Source: an uncultured Dysgonomonas sp. | Lineage (GTDB): Bacteria; Bacteroidota; Bacteroidia; Bacteroidales; Dysgonomonadaceae | Direction of reading: 5' to 3' | DNA length: 64,000 nucleotides | NCBI GenBank assembly: GCA_946482065.1 | Contig: CAMLQA010000003.1 | Location: forward strand, 21,947 to 85,946 | Shown: positions 1 through 10,820 of the stretch, in pieces | Position numbering within the stretch: position 1 is the first letter of the stretch | Layout of the letters: every line of letters starts with the position of its first letter | Made by a program: the position numbers and the translations under genes | The notes under the pieces: model-generated | Told to the model about the DNA's origin: nothing | Seen by the model: the letters and a program-made list of their open reading frames with translations, nothing else | Databases searched by the model: none

Positions 1-190
1 TAATCAGAGTTTTAATAATAATAAATAAAGTATTGATTTAATTAAATATTCAATTGTTTACAACCTATTATATACAATTATATCCTGCTAATTTACTTTT
101 GTTTTTCACAAATGTAATTCATTATTGTTTTCTTTTGTTATTTATTTTGTTTACATTTGTTTGTCATTATTTATATTATAATTTACATTT

Positions 191-694
191 ATGAAAGAGA
201 GAATTCGAATTATAATGGAAAACGAACATCTTACTCCGTCTGCATTTGCTGATATGATACAAATTGGTAGGGCTGTTATGTCACATATATTGAATGGTCG
301 TAATAATCCCAGTTTAGATGTTGTTACACGTATTTTATATAAGTTACCTCATATTAATTCTTCTTGGCTGCTTACAGGTGAAGGCAATATGTATAATACA
401 AATGTTTCTCCGTCTAATAATATAACCAATGTAAATAATGATAATAATGAAAAAACAACTTCTTCAAATTCTTTCGATTTATTCTCCCTGAATGCGATAA
501 ATTCGGCAGATGGTAAGGAAGAAATCAAATATGAGAAGGAAAACACGGTTAAACCGGTAGAAAACGACACTGATAGTATTATTAAACAGCAAGTTATATA
601 TCAAAAAGCACCGGATAAAAAAATTACCAAAATAATTATTTATTATTCTGATAACACATTTGAAACTTTCGAAGCTAACAATCGTCCTTTATAA
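191..694 (+). CDS. XRE-type helix-turn-helix DNA-binding protein
   Basis: N-terminal HTH-like segment (LTPSAFADMIQIGRAVMSHILNGRNNPSLDVV) followed by an N/S-rich low-complexity linker. Taken from the ORF track. Confidence 0.6.
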   Translation: MKERIRIIMENEHLTPSAFADMIQIGRAVMSHILNGRNNPSLDVVTRILYKLPHINSSWLLTGEGNMYNTNVSPSNNITNVNNDNNEKTTSSNSFDLFSLNAINSADGKEEIKYEKENTVKPVENDTDSIIKQQVIYQKAPDKKITKIIIYYSDNTFETFEANNRPL

Positions 695-739
695 AATTTA
701 AAAGAATCTAATTTGCATATATAATCAGGTTAAACTTAT

Positions 740-747
740 TACCTTTG
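740..747 (+). promoter_or_regulatory. Candidate Bacteroides-type -7 box (TACCTTTG) upstream of pyrK
   Basis: Matches the TAnnTTTG -7 consensus known for Bacteroides promoters. Lies 57 nt upstream of the pyrK ATG. Confidence 0.35.
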
Positions 748-803
748 CACTGAACAAAACGGTAAAGAAATTAGCTTTTAATATTTTGATAAAATCGTAC
801 TGA

Positions 804-1583
804 ATGAAAAAAATGCTTGATTTAGTAGTTACCGAAACTAACATACTAAACCAAAATTACAGCCTTATAAAATTAACTACGACTAATAATGATCTTTTGC
901 CTGAAATGTTTCCCGGACAATTTGTTCAAGTTAGAGTCGATAATTCTCCTAGTACATTTTTAAGACGTCCAATATCCGTAAACTTTGTTGATACAGAAAA
1001 AAATGAATTATGGCTTTTAATTCAAAAGATCGGTAACGGCACAGCTAAGATATGCGAAGCTCAAAAAGGAGACTTAATAAATTTATTATTACCCCTTGGC
1101 AGTAAATTTTCATTTCCTAAAGATAAATCAAGTAAGGCTTTATTAATAGGTGGCGGCGTGGGAACAGCTCCCATGTTATTTTTAGGATCGCATTTGAAAG
1201 CTAAAGGATATAGCCCATTTTTTTTACTTGGAGCGCGGTCAAAAAGTGATTTGTTGCAATTAAATGAGTTTGAAAAATATGGAGAAGTATTTTGTACAAC
1301 AGAAGATGCTTCTTTTGGAGAAAAAGGTTATGTAACAAACCACTCTATACTTAAAAATCAATCTTTTTCAATGATATACACTTGTGGTCCTAAACCTATG
1401 ATGTTAGCTGTGGCAAAATATGCTGATGACAATGATATAACTTGCGAAGTATCTTTGGAGAACCTTATGGCATGTGGTTTTGGAACATGTCTATGTTGTG
1501 TCGAAGATACTAAAGAAGGGAATTTATGTGTATGTACTGAGGGACCAGTCTTTAATATTGAACGTTTGAAATGGACAAATTAA
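804..1583 (+). CDS. pyrK: Dihydroorotate dehydrogenase (class 1B) electron-transfer subunit
   Basis: FAD/NAD-binding fold motifs ([14 protein letters not shown]). C-terminal 2Fe-2S cysteine cluster ([11 protein letters not shown]...CVCTEGP). Overlaps pyrD by 13 nt. Confidence 0.85.
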   Translation: MKKMLDLVVTETNILNQNYSLIKLTTTNNDLLPEMFPGQFVQVRVDNSPSTFLRRPISVNFVDTEKNELWLLIQKIGNGTAKICEAQKGDLINLLLPLGSKFSFPKDKSSKALLIGGGVGTAPMLFLGSHLKAKGYSPFFLLGARSKSDLLQLNEFEKYGEVFCTTEDASFGEKGYVTNHSILKNQSFSMIYTCGPKPMMLAVAKYADDNDITCEVSLENLMACGFGTCLCCVEDTKEGNLCVCTEGPVFNIERLKWTN

Positions 1584-2482
1584 AAATAAATATTGGCGAT
1601 TTAAAATTAAAGAATCCTGTAATGACAGCTTCAGGCACATTCGGGTATGGTAAGGAATTTAATGACTTTATAGATCTATCGCAAATTGGTGGTATTTTTG
1701 TAAAAGGAACTACCATACGGGAACGTCAGGGAAATTCTTACCCTCGTATGGCTGAGACACCTGCTGGAATGTTAAACGCTGTAGGACTGCAAAATAAGGG
1801 TGTTGATTATTTCGTTTCAAATATATATCCTGAAATTAAAAATATAGATACGCATATAATAGTTAACGTATCCGGTTCTACTATTGAAGATTATGTCGCT
1901 TGTACTGAAAAATTACTTGGATTGGACAAAATTCCTGCCATTGAGTTAAATATTTCATGTCCTAACGTTAAAGAAGGTGGTATGGCTTTTGGAACATCAG
2001 CATGTTCCGCTTCGGAAGTTACCAAAGCTGTTCGCAAAGTCTGGGATAAAACTTTGATTGTAAAATTATCACCTAATGTAACTGATATAACAGAAATCGC
2101 TAAAGCCGTGGAAGCTGAAGGTGCTGATTCCGTATCGCTCATAAACACATTATTGGGCATGGCAATAGATATTGATAAACGTCGTCCCAAATTATCGACT
2201 GTAACTGGAGGACTTTCCGGATCATGTGTTAAACCTGTGGCATTACGTATGGTCTGGCAAACATTTAATGCTGTCAAAATACCTGTAATCGGCTTGGGAG
2301 GCATTTCGTGTTGGCAGGACGCTATTGAATTTATTTTGGCTGGTGCTTCTGCTATACAGATCGGAACTTATAATTTTATAGACCCTACCATATCTCTCAA
2401 AGTTGTTGATGGTATTGCAAAATATTTAGACAAACACAACATTTTATCAGTAAAAGACTTAATCGGAGCATTGCAGATTTAG
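1571..2482 (+). CDS. pyrD: Dihydroorotate dehydrogenase catalytic subunit (class 1B)
   Basis: [22 protein letters not shown] and GGLSG motifs. Coupled to pyrK. Confidence 0.9.
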   Translation: MDKLKINIGDLKLKNPVMTASGTFGYGKEFNDFIDLSQIGGIFVKGTTIRERQGNSYPRMAETPAGMLNAVGLQNKGVDYFVSNIYPEIKNIDTHIIVNVSGSTIEDYVACTEKLLGLDKIPAIELNISCPNVKEGGMAFGTSACSASEVTKAVRKVWDKTLIVKLSPNVTDITEIAKAVEAEGADSVSLINTLLGMAIDIDKRRPKLSTVTGGLSGSCVKPVALRMVWQTFNAVKIPVIGLGGISCWQDAIEFILAGASAIQIGTYNFIDPTISLKVVDGIAKYLDKHNILSVKDLIGALQI

Positions 2483-2506
2483 CTAACAGTAAAGAATTAC
2501 ACAGTT

Positions 2507-3604
2507 GTGAGCATAAATCTTTATAATTTAAATATAAAGCAAACAAATGTATTGAAGGCTTTAGCCATTATTCCTATTGTACTTCATAACTTCCTTCATT
2601 GGACAAATGATTTAGGAGAAAATGAAAATTCTTTAGACACTAATCGAATTTATCATTTCTTTGATATTATTGCTAATGAACCATCAATGTGGTTTAATGC
2701 TTTTTTCACATATACAGGTCCATTTTTTCTTCCCTTATTTATCTTTCTTAGCGGATATGGACTTACAAAGAAGTATATGAAAAATGATACGATTTCATAC
2801 AAAAATTATATTATTCCACGTCTTGCCAAATTATACGGCTTATGGATATTTGGTCTTATAATTTGCTACTTTTTATTTAGCAAGTATACTCCCGGAAATT
2901 TAGGCTGGTATTTACAGTATGCGATTAAATCATTGACTTTGTATAATAATTTGTCTATTTGGCGTATATACTTATCAATTTTGGGACCATGGTGGTATTT
3001 TGCAATGGCTGTACAACTTTATTTACTTTTCCCTGTTTTATATATTGTAATAAAGAAATATAATAAGAAAGGTTTCTTCTTACTTCTTATTATTAATTAT
3101 CTATTGATATATGCATTGACTCCAATAGCCAAAAAATACGAAGTACCTATTTTTGGCAATTTTTTAGGTCATACTCCTGAATTTATATTGGGTATTGGTT
3201 TTGCGATGTTTAAGGATTTCAGAATTTCGTGGAAAATGGTTATGCCGATTTTATGCTTGTTTATAGCTTCTAACTTTCTTGAAAATTTTTTCCCTTTTTA
3301 TTATTTATCAATAACCATAATATTACTTTTTATTTTTTATCCTATATACAGATCAAAATTTGAAAATAATTTTATATTTAAGTCATTAGTTTTTATAGGT
3401 GGAATAAGTATGTTTATGTATCTGATAAATGGTCCTTTACGTGCTTATTACGTATTTTATTTTCAAGAAAGACCAACTTTGGAAATAACATTAGCATCAC
3501 TTATGCATTTATTATTTGTAATAATAGCCTCGTACATTTTATCGATAGTTTTTAAGCCTATCAATAATCTTATTAATAAGGAAGTGGAAAAGTTGATTAA
3601 TTAA
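2507..3604 (+). CDS. Acyltransferase family 3 integral membrane protein (O-acyltransferase-like)
   Basis: About 10 hydrophobic helices. N-terminal ALAIIPIVLHNFLHW pattern typical of the acyltransferase_3 family. GTG start in the ORF track. Confidence 0.5.
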   Translation: MSINLYNLNIKQTNVLKALAIIPIVLHNFLHWTNDLGENENSLDTNRIYHFFDIIANEPSMWFNAFFTYTGPFFLPLFIFLSGYGLTKKYMKNDTISYKNYIIPRLAKLYGLWIFGLIICYFLFSKYTPGNLGWYLQYAIKSLTLYNNLSIWRIYLSILGPWWYFAMAVQLYLLFPVLYIVIKKYNKKGFFLLLIINYLLIYALTPIAKKYEVPIFGNFLGHTPEFILGIGFAMFKDFRISWKMVMPILCLFIASNFLENFFPFYYLSITIILLFIFYPIYRSKFENNFIFKSLVFIGGISMFMYLINGPLRAYYVFYFQERPTLEITLASLMHLLFVIIASYILSIVFKPINNLINKEVEKLIN

Positions 3605-3617
3605 AAAAATTGATGTT

Positions 3618-4796
3618 TTAAATCTTTTTGCAGATAAGTAGCACCTTTTTTTCGTTAGCTAAAGTTGTTCCAAATATATAATTGTTACCTCCATCCTTTA
3701 ATCCAATCCGTTTTCTCAATTCTAACGGACTAATAGGAAAATTACGCGTTGAAATATTTGCTTGTTTAATATCTTTCAAATGTGTTTTTATTTCTTTTTT
3801 GTTCAAAGTAGATATATTTTCGACTTGGAATATCCTTCCTTGAAAATTATCAATTAAATTATCTGAAGTATACAAGTGACTATTGGGATGTAGTTTATAG
3901 ATCGAATATTTATTTGATATACTTTTAAATGCTCCAGCTTTGATGATAGAGCAATTTGGTTCATATAGATATTTGCATATTTGGTCAGTATAATAGATTT
4001 CCGTATCATTTTCCTCTTCTTTTTGAAAGACGAATTCATCGAGCTTTGCATTGGAAATATTAATACAGTGAATGTTAGTATTATCAACCTTTTCTTCGTT
4101 ATTTTTTAAAAACACCAATTCTTTACATTCATTTTGATAACTGATAATGTAAACATCTGATACATTCCTTAATGATTTCAAAGCTAAAGAAATGTCTAAC
4201 ATTGGCGATAGTTTAATCATCGTTTTCTTCGATTTAGTCTCTATAAGATTCTGAATATCAATAATATTTGGAGTACAATCTTCAATAAAAACCATTTTCG
4301 AACCGGACGAACCCCGCCTTGCAGGATCTATATATATTAAATCTGCAAATTCCATATTATTCAAATAATCAACCGCATTCTGACAAATCGTATTTATTTT
4401 CAGTCTTAGCGCTTCAAAGTTATGTCTGGCTATTTCTACCAAATCTTGTTGTTGCTCAACATAAGTTATACTATTAAAGCTTTTTGATAAAAAAGCACAA
4501 TCGACTCCAAAACCTCCTGTAAGGTCTACTATACTATCTGATGAATAGATCTCTGCTTTGTAACGCGCTGTATATTCTGAAGAACATTGTTCAAGCGATA
4601 GATGCTTTGGATAAACGATATCATCTATATGATACCATGACGGTATTTTGATCCGTGCAATTTGCTTACCTTTGATTTGTTGAATGGCAAAATTTAAATC
4701 TATATCTGGATATAGCTCAGTTTTTAGAGCCAGAGAGTTGACATCATCATTTTGATGATCTTTTATAAATTGCTTTAAATTAGTAGCCAACTTCAT
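3618..4796 (-). CDS. Class I SAM-dependent methyltransferase with C-terminal THUMP-like region
   Basis: SAM-binding motif VDLTGGFGVDCAF and IYIDPARR. 4-nt overlap with the upstream tamB-like gene. Confidence 0.6.
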   Translation of the reverse strand: MKLATNLKQFIKDHQNDDVNSLALKTELYPDIDLNFAIQQIKGKQIARIKIPSWYHIDDIVYPKHLSLEQCSSEYTARYKAEIYSSDSIVDLTGGFGVDCAFLSKSFNSITYVEQQQDLVEIARHNFEALRLKINTICQNAVDYLNNMEFADLIYIDPARRGSSGSKMVFIEDCTPNIIDIQNLIETKSKKTMIKLSPMLDISLALKSLRNVSDVYIISYQNECKELVFLKNNEEKVDNTNIHCINISNAKLDEFVFQKEEENDTEIYYTDQICKYLYEPNCSIIKAGAFKSISNKYSIYKLHPNSHLYTSDNLIDNFQGRIFQVENISTLNKKEIKTHLKDIKQANISTRNFPISPLELRKRIGLKDGGNNYIFGTTLANEKKVLLICKKI

Positions 4797-7700
4797 TTTT
4801 TTACTTTACCAAAAGTATTTGATGTGCTTTCTTTTTTCGTTGAATCGGGAATAATTGGCATAGGTATGCTATCATTTATTTCTTTCGTCTTCTTTTTCGG
4901 GTGCCAAGGAAGTAACTCTATAAATTTATCAAAGTCTTTTTTATATTTAATACCTGCTCCTTGAGTTTGTTCGGGTAATCCTGTATAATAATACTTTTCG
5001 TTATATCTGTTATATGCTTTTATACGCCAAGACCCTGATGGGTTAAGAAGGTATTCTACATCCACATCCCCGATAAATTGGTTACTTGTTTGTGTCAAAG
5101 GATCATCTCTATATCCAAAATTTCCATTTATCAATAATCTGTTGTTTAGCAATTGACTTGATAATAGTAACTCAACTTCGGTATTATTCATTTCCGAATC
5201 ACCGCTTGTACGAATATTTGTACCTAATTGAAATCGACTGTCAATTTTACTAACAATTTTAGTTAATTGATTAGAAAGTGTTGCTGATGCTACTGAAGCA
5301 AAATCGGAAGTACGATATTCGTTTTCACTATTATGTGGAGTGTAGAATTTCGATAATAATAATAAATAAGCAACTTGCCTGTTAATCATGTCTTCTGTAT
5401 TTAAAAGCACCTTTATTTGTCTTTCTACCTCCGGCACGGCTGCTGGAAACTCGATATCTAAACCAATGTTTGGATGTTTTAAAGGTCCTGTTAAGTTAAG
5501 AATGCAATTGACAGGGATATTTGATTGTCCAGACGTATGGGCTATCGTACTATTCAAATCGTTCAGATTTGCAATAACTCTATATGATGCCTTAACATTT
5601 AATCTGGCATTGAAAGGATCTCCACTAAATTGGACGCTACTACCATCTTCAATAGTAAATTTCCTATTTAATAACTTTTGGAATGTAAATAAATAACTAC
5701 CTCTATTAATAAAATAATTACCGGAAATTCTGGGAGCGGATTTCGTAGACCATGTAAATTGAAGCGTTCCATTCCCAAAACCGCTAAGTATATCTCCACC
5801 GATAGGATCCATTACAATTTCGGCGACAGCATCAGGTGTAGCGTCAATATATACTTTCATATTGACTTCCATTTCAGAATTTGTTTGAATAGGATTTATT
5901 GAAGGTAATGTATCTTTGTCTGTCTTTGTTTTATTATCCTTATATGTTATGAAATTATATTCATTTACATTTTGATCCATAAAATTCATTCTGACAATTG
6001 TATTTTTTTCAGTTCGCATACTGATATCAATGTCAATCGCTCGTTCATCTCCGCTTATAGTTCCTTTACCGCTTCCAAATACATGCCCAAAGAAGATTGG
6101 GTTTTGTTTTTCTGTCGCATTATAAAGTTGAAAATTCTGTGCGTCTAACTCTATATGATATACAAAATCTTTAAACATATTATGGACTATTTTCCCGCTG
6201 CTTCTTGCTTTACTGCCATATTGATCTATAAAATTGATATTATTAAAGTATATCAAATTACTTTTCATATAAACGGTATCGGTAAATGAATAGTTAGTAT
6301 TAAGGAAATTTATACCTATATTTCCATCCTTAATAAAGGCTTTTCCTTCCACTGTCACATTCGAAAAGTTGCCGAATAAATGTACATTTCCTGTACCGCG
6401 TCCTTTAATATTATTAAATACGCTTGCTGCGTATGTATTTAAAAAGCTAATATCTATACTATCTGCATCAAAATTTAATGATATATCTTGTTTTATTGGG
6501 TCGATAAAACCATTGACTAACGTCTTGTTATTTTCATTACTCATTATTTCGCCTGACATCATCACTTTTTTAGTTTCATCATTTAATTCGCTATATAAAT
6601 TTAAATGACCAAGATGCGTCCCATTAAATTGAAAATCTGTAACATCTAATTTAATATTAATATATGGATTTTCATCTATACTTGATACGAATAACTTTCC
6701 GTTAGCACTACCTCCAAATCGTAAAACTTCGATGGCTAAAGTTTCGAATATATATTTTAGGTCAATATTTTTTAATTCAGCTTTTAATGTATTGAAAGGA
6801 TTATTTTTAGAATATTTACCGTCAATCTCAATAGCTTGATCTCCTTTCGTATTACTGGCAAATAAATTATCAATTTGAATCTCATCTTTTTGTAATGACA
6901 AATGAGCTTTTTTCATATTCCAAACTTCATTATTTAAAATTAATGAACTTGGTTTTATGTCTATATCAAGAGCCAAAGGCGCATCTCCGACTTTTGAGAA
7001 CTGAGTATTTATTGAAAAATCACCTTTAGCTTTTGCGCTTCCATTATTCGAAAATGAGATTTTTGTATCTATTTGATTGTCTGCTATAGTAGAATTTACA
7101 ATTACATTATTCATAACATTCTTCTTACCAAGAAGAAAAACATCTATGGTTGATTTTATTTTATCATCTTGGTTTTCAGCCATTATATAACCAGATTTGA
7201 TATTCATTCCTGCTGCATTTAGTGCCGGAGTAAATATCTCAACTTTAAATTTATTATTTAAATTGTTATAATATCCTGATATTTTTGCCTGATTGATTAC
7301 TGTAAATGGTAATTGTAATATATTGCTTAAACTTTCCGTATTACTTATGCGTATATTATATGTTAAATTATTTTCCTCTTTATCAATTATTTTCTTTTTA
7401 TCCGGGGATAATTCTTTAATCAAAGCCGGTAGGTACGGTTGTAAAGATTCTTTCATGCTCAATAAAATGCTCGAAAAAGAATATGCTCCAAGTATCTCTC
7501 CGTTAACAATGTCAGATCGTACTCTTAACTGCCGATCCATTGCCTTTCCAGATGCTTCGATATAGCATTTGTCCATTTGGAATCTTTTGTTTTCACGAAT
7601 AAAATCAATTGAATCAATACTGATATAACCTACTGAATTATCTATATTTTTACCTTTAAAGTTGGCTTTTGCTATAAAGGATAAGGATGATTGCTTAAAT

Positions 7701-9307
7701 TTTTGTGATAAATGTAAGTCCTCAAAACGGAAGTTTTTTACTTGCGCTTCAAAATTTAATTCGGGATTCTGAGAGTCCGTTAAATCAAATAATCCGTCAA
7801 TATTAATGTAAGCATTTTCATCATTAAGGTTAAAATTACCGTCAACTTTTAAACCATCGTAATTTAGATTTAATTTTGTATCTGAATATCGATATCCTTT
7901 ATAATCAAAATGATGTATCTTACCTTTAAGAGATCCTTTTGGCTTTCCAAACTTTCTTTGTTCCATCTCAAAATTTAGCTCTAAAGAAATCTTATTTAAA
8001 TCTTTATTTTGCGCTAATTCACCAATCTTAAAATCAGATGTATAGATCTTCCCTTTAGCATATGATTTGATACGTTCATTTTTGTTAAATCCAAATAAGA
8101 CATCTGCTTTTATTATACCTAATTCCGATTCAAAACTGCCAAATGCTGTTAATTGATTAACATAACCGGATATATCTCCTTCAAATGTTATGGTTTTAAG
8201 ATCCTTAATTTTAGAGGGTAATCTTGTGTTGTTATTAGAAAAATTATTCAATAAGCTTTCGATTTCTTTTCCTGTAATAGTAAACTTATCAATGCTTCCA
8301 AGTAAATATAAATTGTTCTTATCTCTTATATCTTTTATTTCAATATTGGATGATAAGTGCATTTTTTCTCCATAATCCAGTGTTAATTCGGATATTTCGA
8401 TATTATCTATAGAACCAACTATATGTGCTTGCAGTTTGATAAGATCATTAAAATTTTGAAGCTCAGGAATTATTGAAGATATATCATTGGGTGCAATATA
8501 TGATGGACTAATAGTACAATCAATTAGAGCATTGTCTAAAATATCTGTTGATGAATGAACATTACTAAAATCAATATCACATCTGCCAAGTTGTAAAAAA
8601 GAATTCGGGAGATCCAATCTGAATCCTTTTATAAATGTTTTCTTATCTTGCGTGATGATTCGGGTAGTTAAATTAGATATTTCCAACCCACTTTTATCTT
8701 TTAAACTTAAATTCTTTATTTGTATATTTAAGGAATCAGCAACTAAGGATTTCAGAGCTAATCGCGTATTAAAGTTGGTTATGTTAATGTGATTTGCATC
8801 AAATTTATTTACATGTGGTTTGCTTTTAACATCATAACTAAAATTTCCATTTATTAGGCTGAGGGCGCTTATTTTGACTTGTAACTTATCATCATTTCTT
8901 TTATTATCAGATCTAAACGCATCAATAAGATATTGTATATTCAACACGGAATTTGTACTGTCTTTAGATAGGTGTAATTCAAAGTCTGATAATTTGGCTG
9001 TATTAATAATTAATTTTTTTTTGAATAAAGGGATTATATCTACGCTAGCTGTAAGTTTATCAGCAAATAAGATTTTCTCTCCGGAACGATCATATAAGTA
9101 TATGCTATCTAATTCAATGCTATTGAAAGGATGAAAGTAAAGATGATTTATTCCAAAATCGGTATCGATCTTCTTTTGTAATTCTTCAATAATAATTTCT
9201 TTTAGATAATTTTGAACGGATGGAGTATTAAGTAACCCAAAAAATAAGGCTACAAGTCCGATAACAACACCTAATATGGTGAAAATTATATATTTAAAAC
9301 GCTTTAT
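4793..9307 (-). CDS. tamB: TamB-like translocation and assembly module protein (DUF490 C-terminus); true 5' end lies upstream of the ORF-track start
   Basis: The ORF track gives 4793..8947 (GTG start). The same frame stays open to 9337 and encodes a signal-anchor helix (KRFKYIIFTILGVVIGLVALFFGLL) plus a typical TamB N-terminal domain. That extension contains no ATG, GTG or TTG. The end is set at the in-frame ATA (9305-9307); ATT at 9311-9313 is the alternative. Confidence 0.75.
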   Translation of the reverse strand: MKRFKYIIFTILGVVIGLVALFFGLLNTPSVQNYLKEIIIEELQKKIDTDFGINHLYFHPFNSIELDSIYLYDRSGEKILFADKLTASVDIIPLFKKKLIINTAKLSDFELHLSKDSTNSVLNIQYLIDAFRSDNKRNDDKLQVKISALSLINGNFSYDVKSKPHVNKFDANHINITNFNTRLALKSLVADSLNIQIKNLSLKDKSGLEISNLTTRIITQDKKTFIKGFRLDLPNSFLQLGRCDIDFSNVHSSTDILDNALIDCTISPSYIAPNDISSIIPELQNFNDLIKLQAHIVGSIDNIEISELTLDYGEKMHLSSNIEIKDIRDKNNLYLLGSIDKFTITGKEIESLLNNFSNNNTRLPSKIKDLKTITFEGDISGYVNQLTAFGSFESELGIIKADVLFGFNKNERIKSYAKGKIYTSDFKIGELAQNKDLNKISLELNFEMEQRKFGKPKGSLKGKIHHFDYKGYRYSDTKLNLNYDGLKVDGNFNLNDENAYINIDGLFDLTDSQNPELNFEAQVKNFRFEDLHLSQKFKQSSLSFIAKANFKGKNIDNSVGYISIDSIDFIRENKRFQMDKCYIEASGKAMDRQLRVRSDIVNGEILGAYSFSSILLSMKESLQPYLPALIKELSPDKKKIIDKEENNLTYNIRISNTESLSNILQLPFTVINQAKISGYYNNLNNKFKVEIFTPALNAAGMNIKSGYIMAENQDDKIKSTIDVFLLGKKNVMNNVIVNSTIADNQIDTKISFSNNGSAKAKGDFSINTQFSKVGDAPLALDIDIKPSSLILNNEVWNMKKAHLSLQKDEIQIDNLFASNTKGDQAIEIDGKYSKNNPFNTLKAELKNIDLKYIFETLAIEVLRFGGSANGKLFVSSIDENPYINIKLDVTDFQFNGTHLGHLNLYSELNDETKKVMMSGEIMSNENNKTLVNGFIDPIKQDISLNFDADSIDISFLNTYAASVFNNIKGRGTGNVHLFGNFSNVTVEGKAFIKDGNIGINFLNTNYSFTDTVYMKSNLIYFNNINFIDQYGSKARSSGKIVHNMFKDFVYHIELDAQNFQLYNATEKQNPIFFGHVFGSGKGTISGDERAIDIDISMRTEKNTIVRMNFMDQNVNEYNFITYKDNKTKTDKDTLPSINPIQTNSEMEVNMKVYIDATPDAVAEIVMDPIGGDILSGFGNGTLQFTWSTKSAPRISGNYFINRGSYLFTFQKLLNRKFTIEDGSSVQFSGDPFNARLNVKASYRVIANLNDLNSTIAHTSGQSNIPVNCILNLTGPLKHPNIGLDIEFPAAVPEVERQIKVLLNTEDMINRQVAYLLLLSKFYTPHNSENEYRTSDFASVASATLSNQLTKIVSKIDSRFQLGTNIRTSGDSEMNNTEVELLLSSQLLNNRLLINGNFGYRDDPLTQTSNQFIGDVDVEYLLNPSGSWRIKAYNRYNEKYYYTGLPEQTQGAGIKYKKDFDKFIELLPWHPKKKTKEINDSIPMPIIPDSTKKESTSNTFGKVKK

Positions 9308-9351
9308 GTAAATGAACCGTTTAATGTATCTCCGATTTTATCTAAAATATA

Positions 9352-9359
9352 CAAAAATA
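9352..9359 (-). promoter_or_regulatory. Candidate -7 box (TATTTTTG) upstream of the extended tamB reading frame
   Basis: TAnnTTTG match on the minus strand, about 45 nt upstream of the ATA/ATT candidate starts. Confidence 0.3.
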
Positions 9360-9446
9360 TTAAAAATATCTTATGGAAAGTAGTCTTTTTTTGCCTTATG
9401 GGTTAGTTTTTGTAGCTATTAAGATTATTTAATGGATATTTATTTA

Positions 9447-10703
9447 TTATTTTTTGCGAGAATAAAATGTTATCGCGGCAATTAATTTGTCATAACGTTG
9501 CCCCATAGGTTTATAATATGCAAGCGCCGTATATTCATTTTCTGTTTCATAATAATTACCTTCGATTTGAGCAGTTGAATAACCATTTACTGTTCTTGTT
9601 AAATATTGATAATTATAAAGCCCCTGCTTTAATAATAATGATAATTGATATTGTTTATTTATTACATCATATTTCATTTTATATTTATCATTGAAAGTAT
9701 CATAAGTAAAATTTCCATTCAAATAAATATCTTGAGATATAGGATTTTCCATCGGAATAGTAAAAGTTGTAATAAAATAGTCTGCTTCATATTCACTAAT
9801 ATCAGAATCAATACTACGTATAAAAAAACGCCCGTCTTGATCTTGGTCATAGTTATAAGTTTTATTTGCACGAATTTTATCAGATTCTACATTACAAAAA
9901 TAATAAGGCGCCTTATAATTGATATTAGAAATTCTCATTCCATTTGAACGATAACTTGAAGTTTCAAATCGGCGATACTCATTTCCTGCCTCAAATATTA
10001 AATCATTATTTTGTTCATAAGTTATTTTATTAGGAGTTATCATCATCGGTTTGAGATTCTTTCTCTCAGTATCAAGCCTATTATTTTGCATTACAATCAT
10101 TTTTAAATCACTAATCGGATCAATTATATTTAGCTTGTGATGTAAAACCAGTGATATTTGCTGATGCCCTTTATTTGCATCAATATTTGTTACGCTACTT
10201 ACAGTATAACCAATATTAGCAATAGGCTCTATTACAGAGAAACAAGCATTTAATAAAATTTTCTCAGGTTCATTCTCATCAAAAACTTGTACAACATAGT
10301 TACCCGATAATCTTGGCGTAACATTACTATTGGGAATTTCAAATATATAATTTGTATAATCTACTGTTGTATTTACTGATATTGCGTAATCATCAATTAA
10401 GTTATTATTAAAACCATTTAGATATTCTATTTCGGCAATATCACGGCTAACCTTCCAATTTGCATCACAATGTATTATTTTGTAACGTAATCTTCTTAAT
10501 GTTTCTTCTCCTAAATAATCAAAACTGATTCTAATATATTCATCGCTATTTAGTTTTATGATATTATTCCTATTCCATTCCCCCATTGCATTTACTTGTA
10601 TAGTAGCTATATTGGGAGATAAAGCTTCTGTACGGTAATTTTGAGCCAATAATGAAGTATAGAAAAAAATAGAAAGTAATATATATATAATTAAATATTT
10701 CAT
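9447..10703 (-). CDS. Secreted protein, possibly DUF5103 / type IX secretion plug-protein family
   Basis: Signal peptide (LLAQ). Length of about 420 aa and N-terminal pattern (RLRYKIIHCDANW) recalled as DUF5103-like. Not verifiable without an HMM search. Confidence 0.4.
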   Translation of the reverse strand: MKYLIIYILLSIFFYTSLLAQNYRTEALSPNIATIQVNAMGEWNRNNIIKLNSDEYIRISFDYLGEETLRRLRYKIIHCDANWKVSRDIAEIEYLNGFNNNLIDDYAISVNTTVDYTNYIFEIPNSNVTPRLSGNYVVQVFDENEPEKILLNACFSVIEPIANIGYTVSSVTNIDANKGHQQISLVLHHKLNIIDPISDLKMIVMQNNRLDTERKNLKPMMITPNKITYEQNNDLIFEAGNEYRRFETSSYRSNGMRISNINYKAPYYFCNVESDKIRANKTYNYDQDQDGRFFIRSIDSDISEYEADYFITTFTIPMENPISQDIYLNGNFTYDTFNDKYKMKYDVINKQYQLSLLLKQGLYNYQYLTRTVNGYSTAQIEGNYYETENEYTALAYYKPMGQRYDKLIAAITFYSRKK

Positions 10704-10760
10704 AAATCTGTAAATATGTTATTCATTTATTGTTATTTACCACAAATATAACTATTTTTT

Positions 10761-10793
10761 AAAATAAAAAAGTTGCCATTATATTGGCAACTC
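10761..10793 (-). terminator. Intrinsic terminator after yebC
   Basis: Minus strand reads AGTTGCCA-N6-TGGCAACT followed by TTTTTTATTTT. Confidence 0.7.
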
Positions 10794-10820
10794 TAACATT
10801 ATACAGATATGTTGTTAAAA

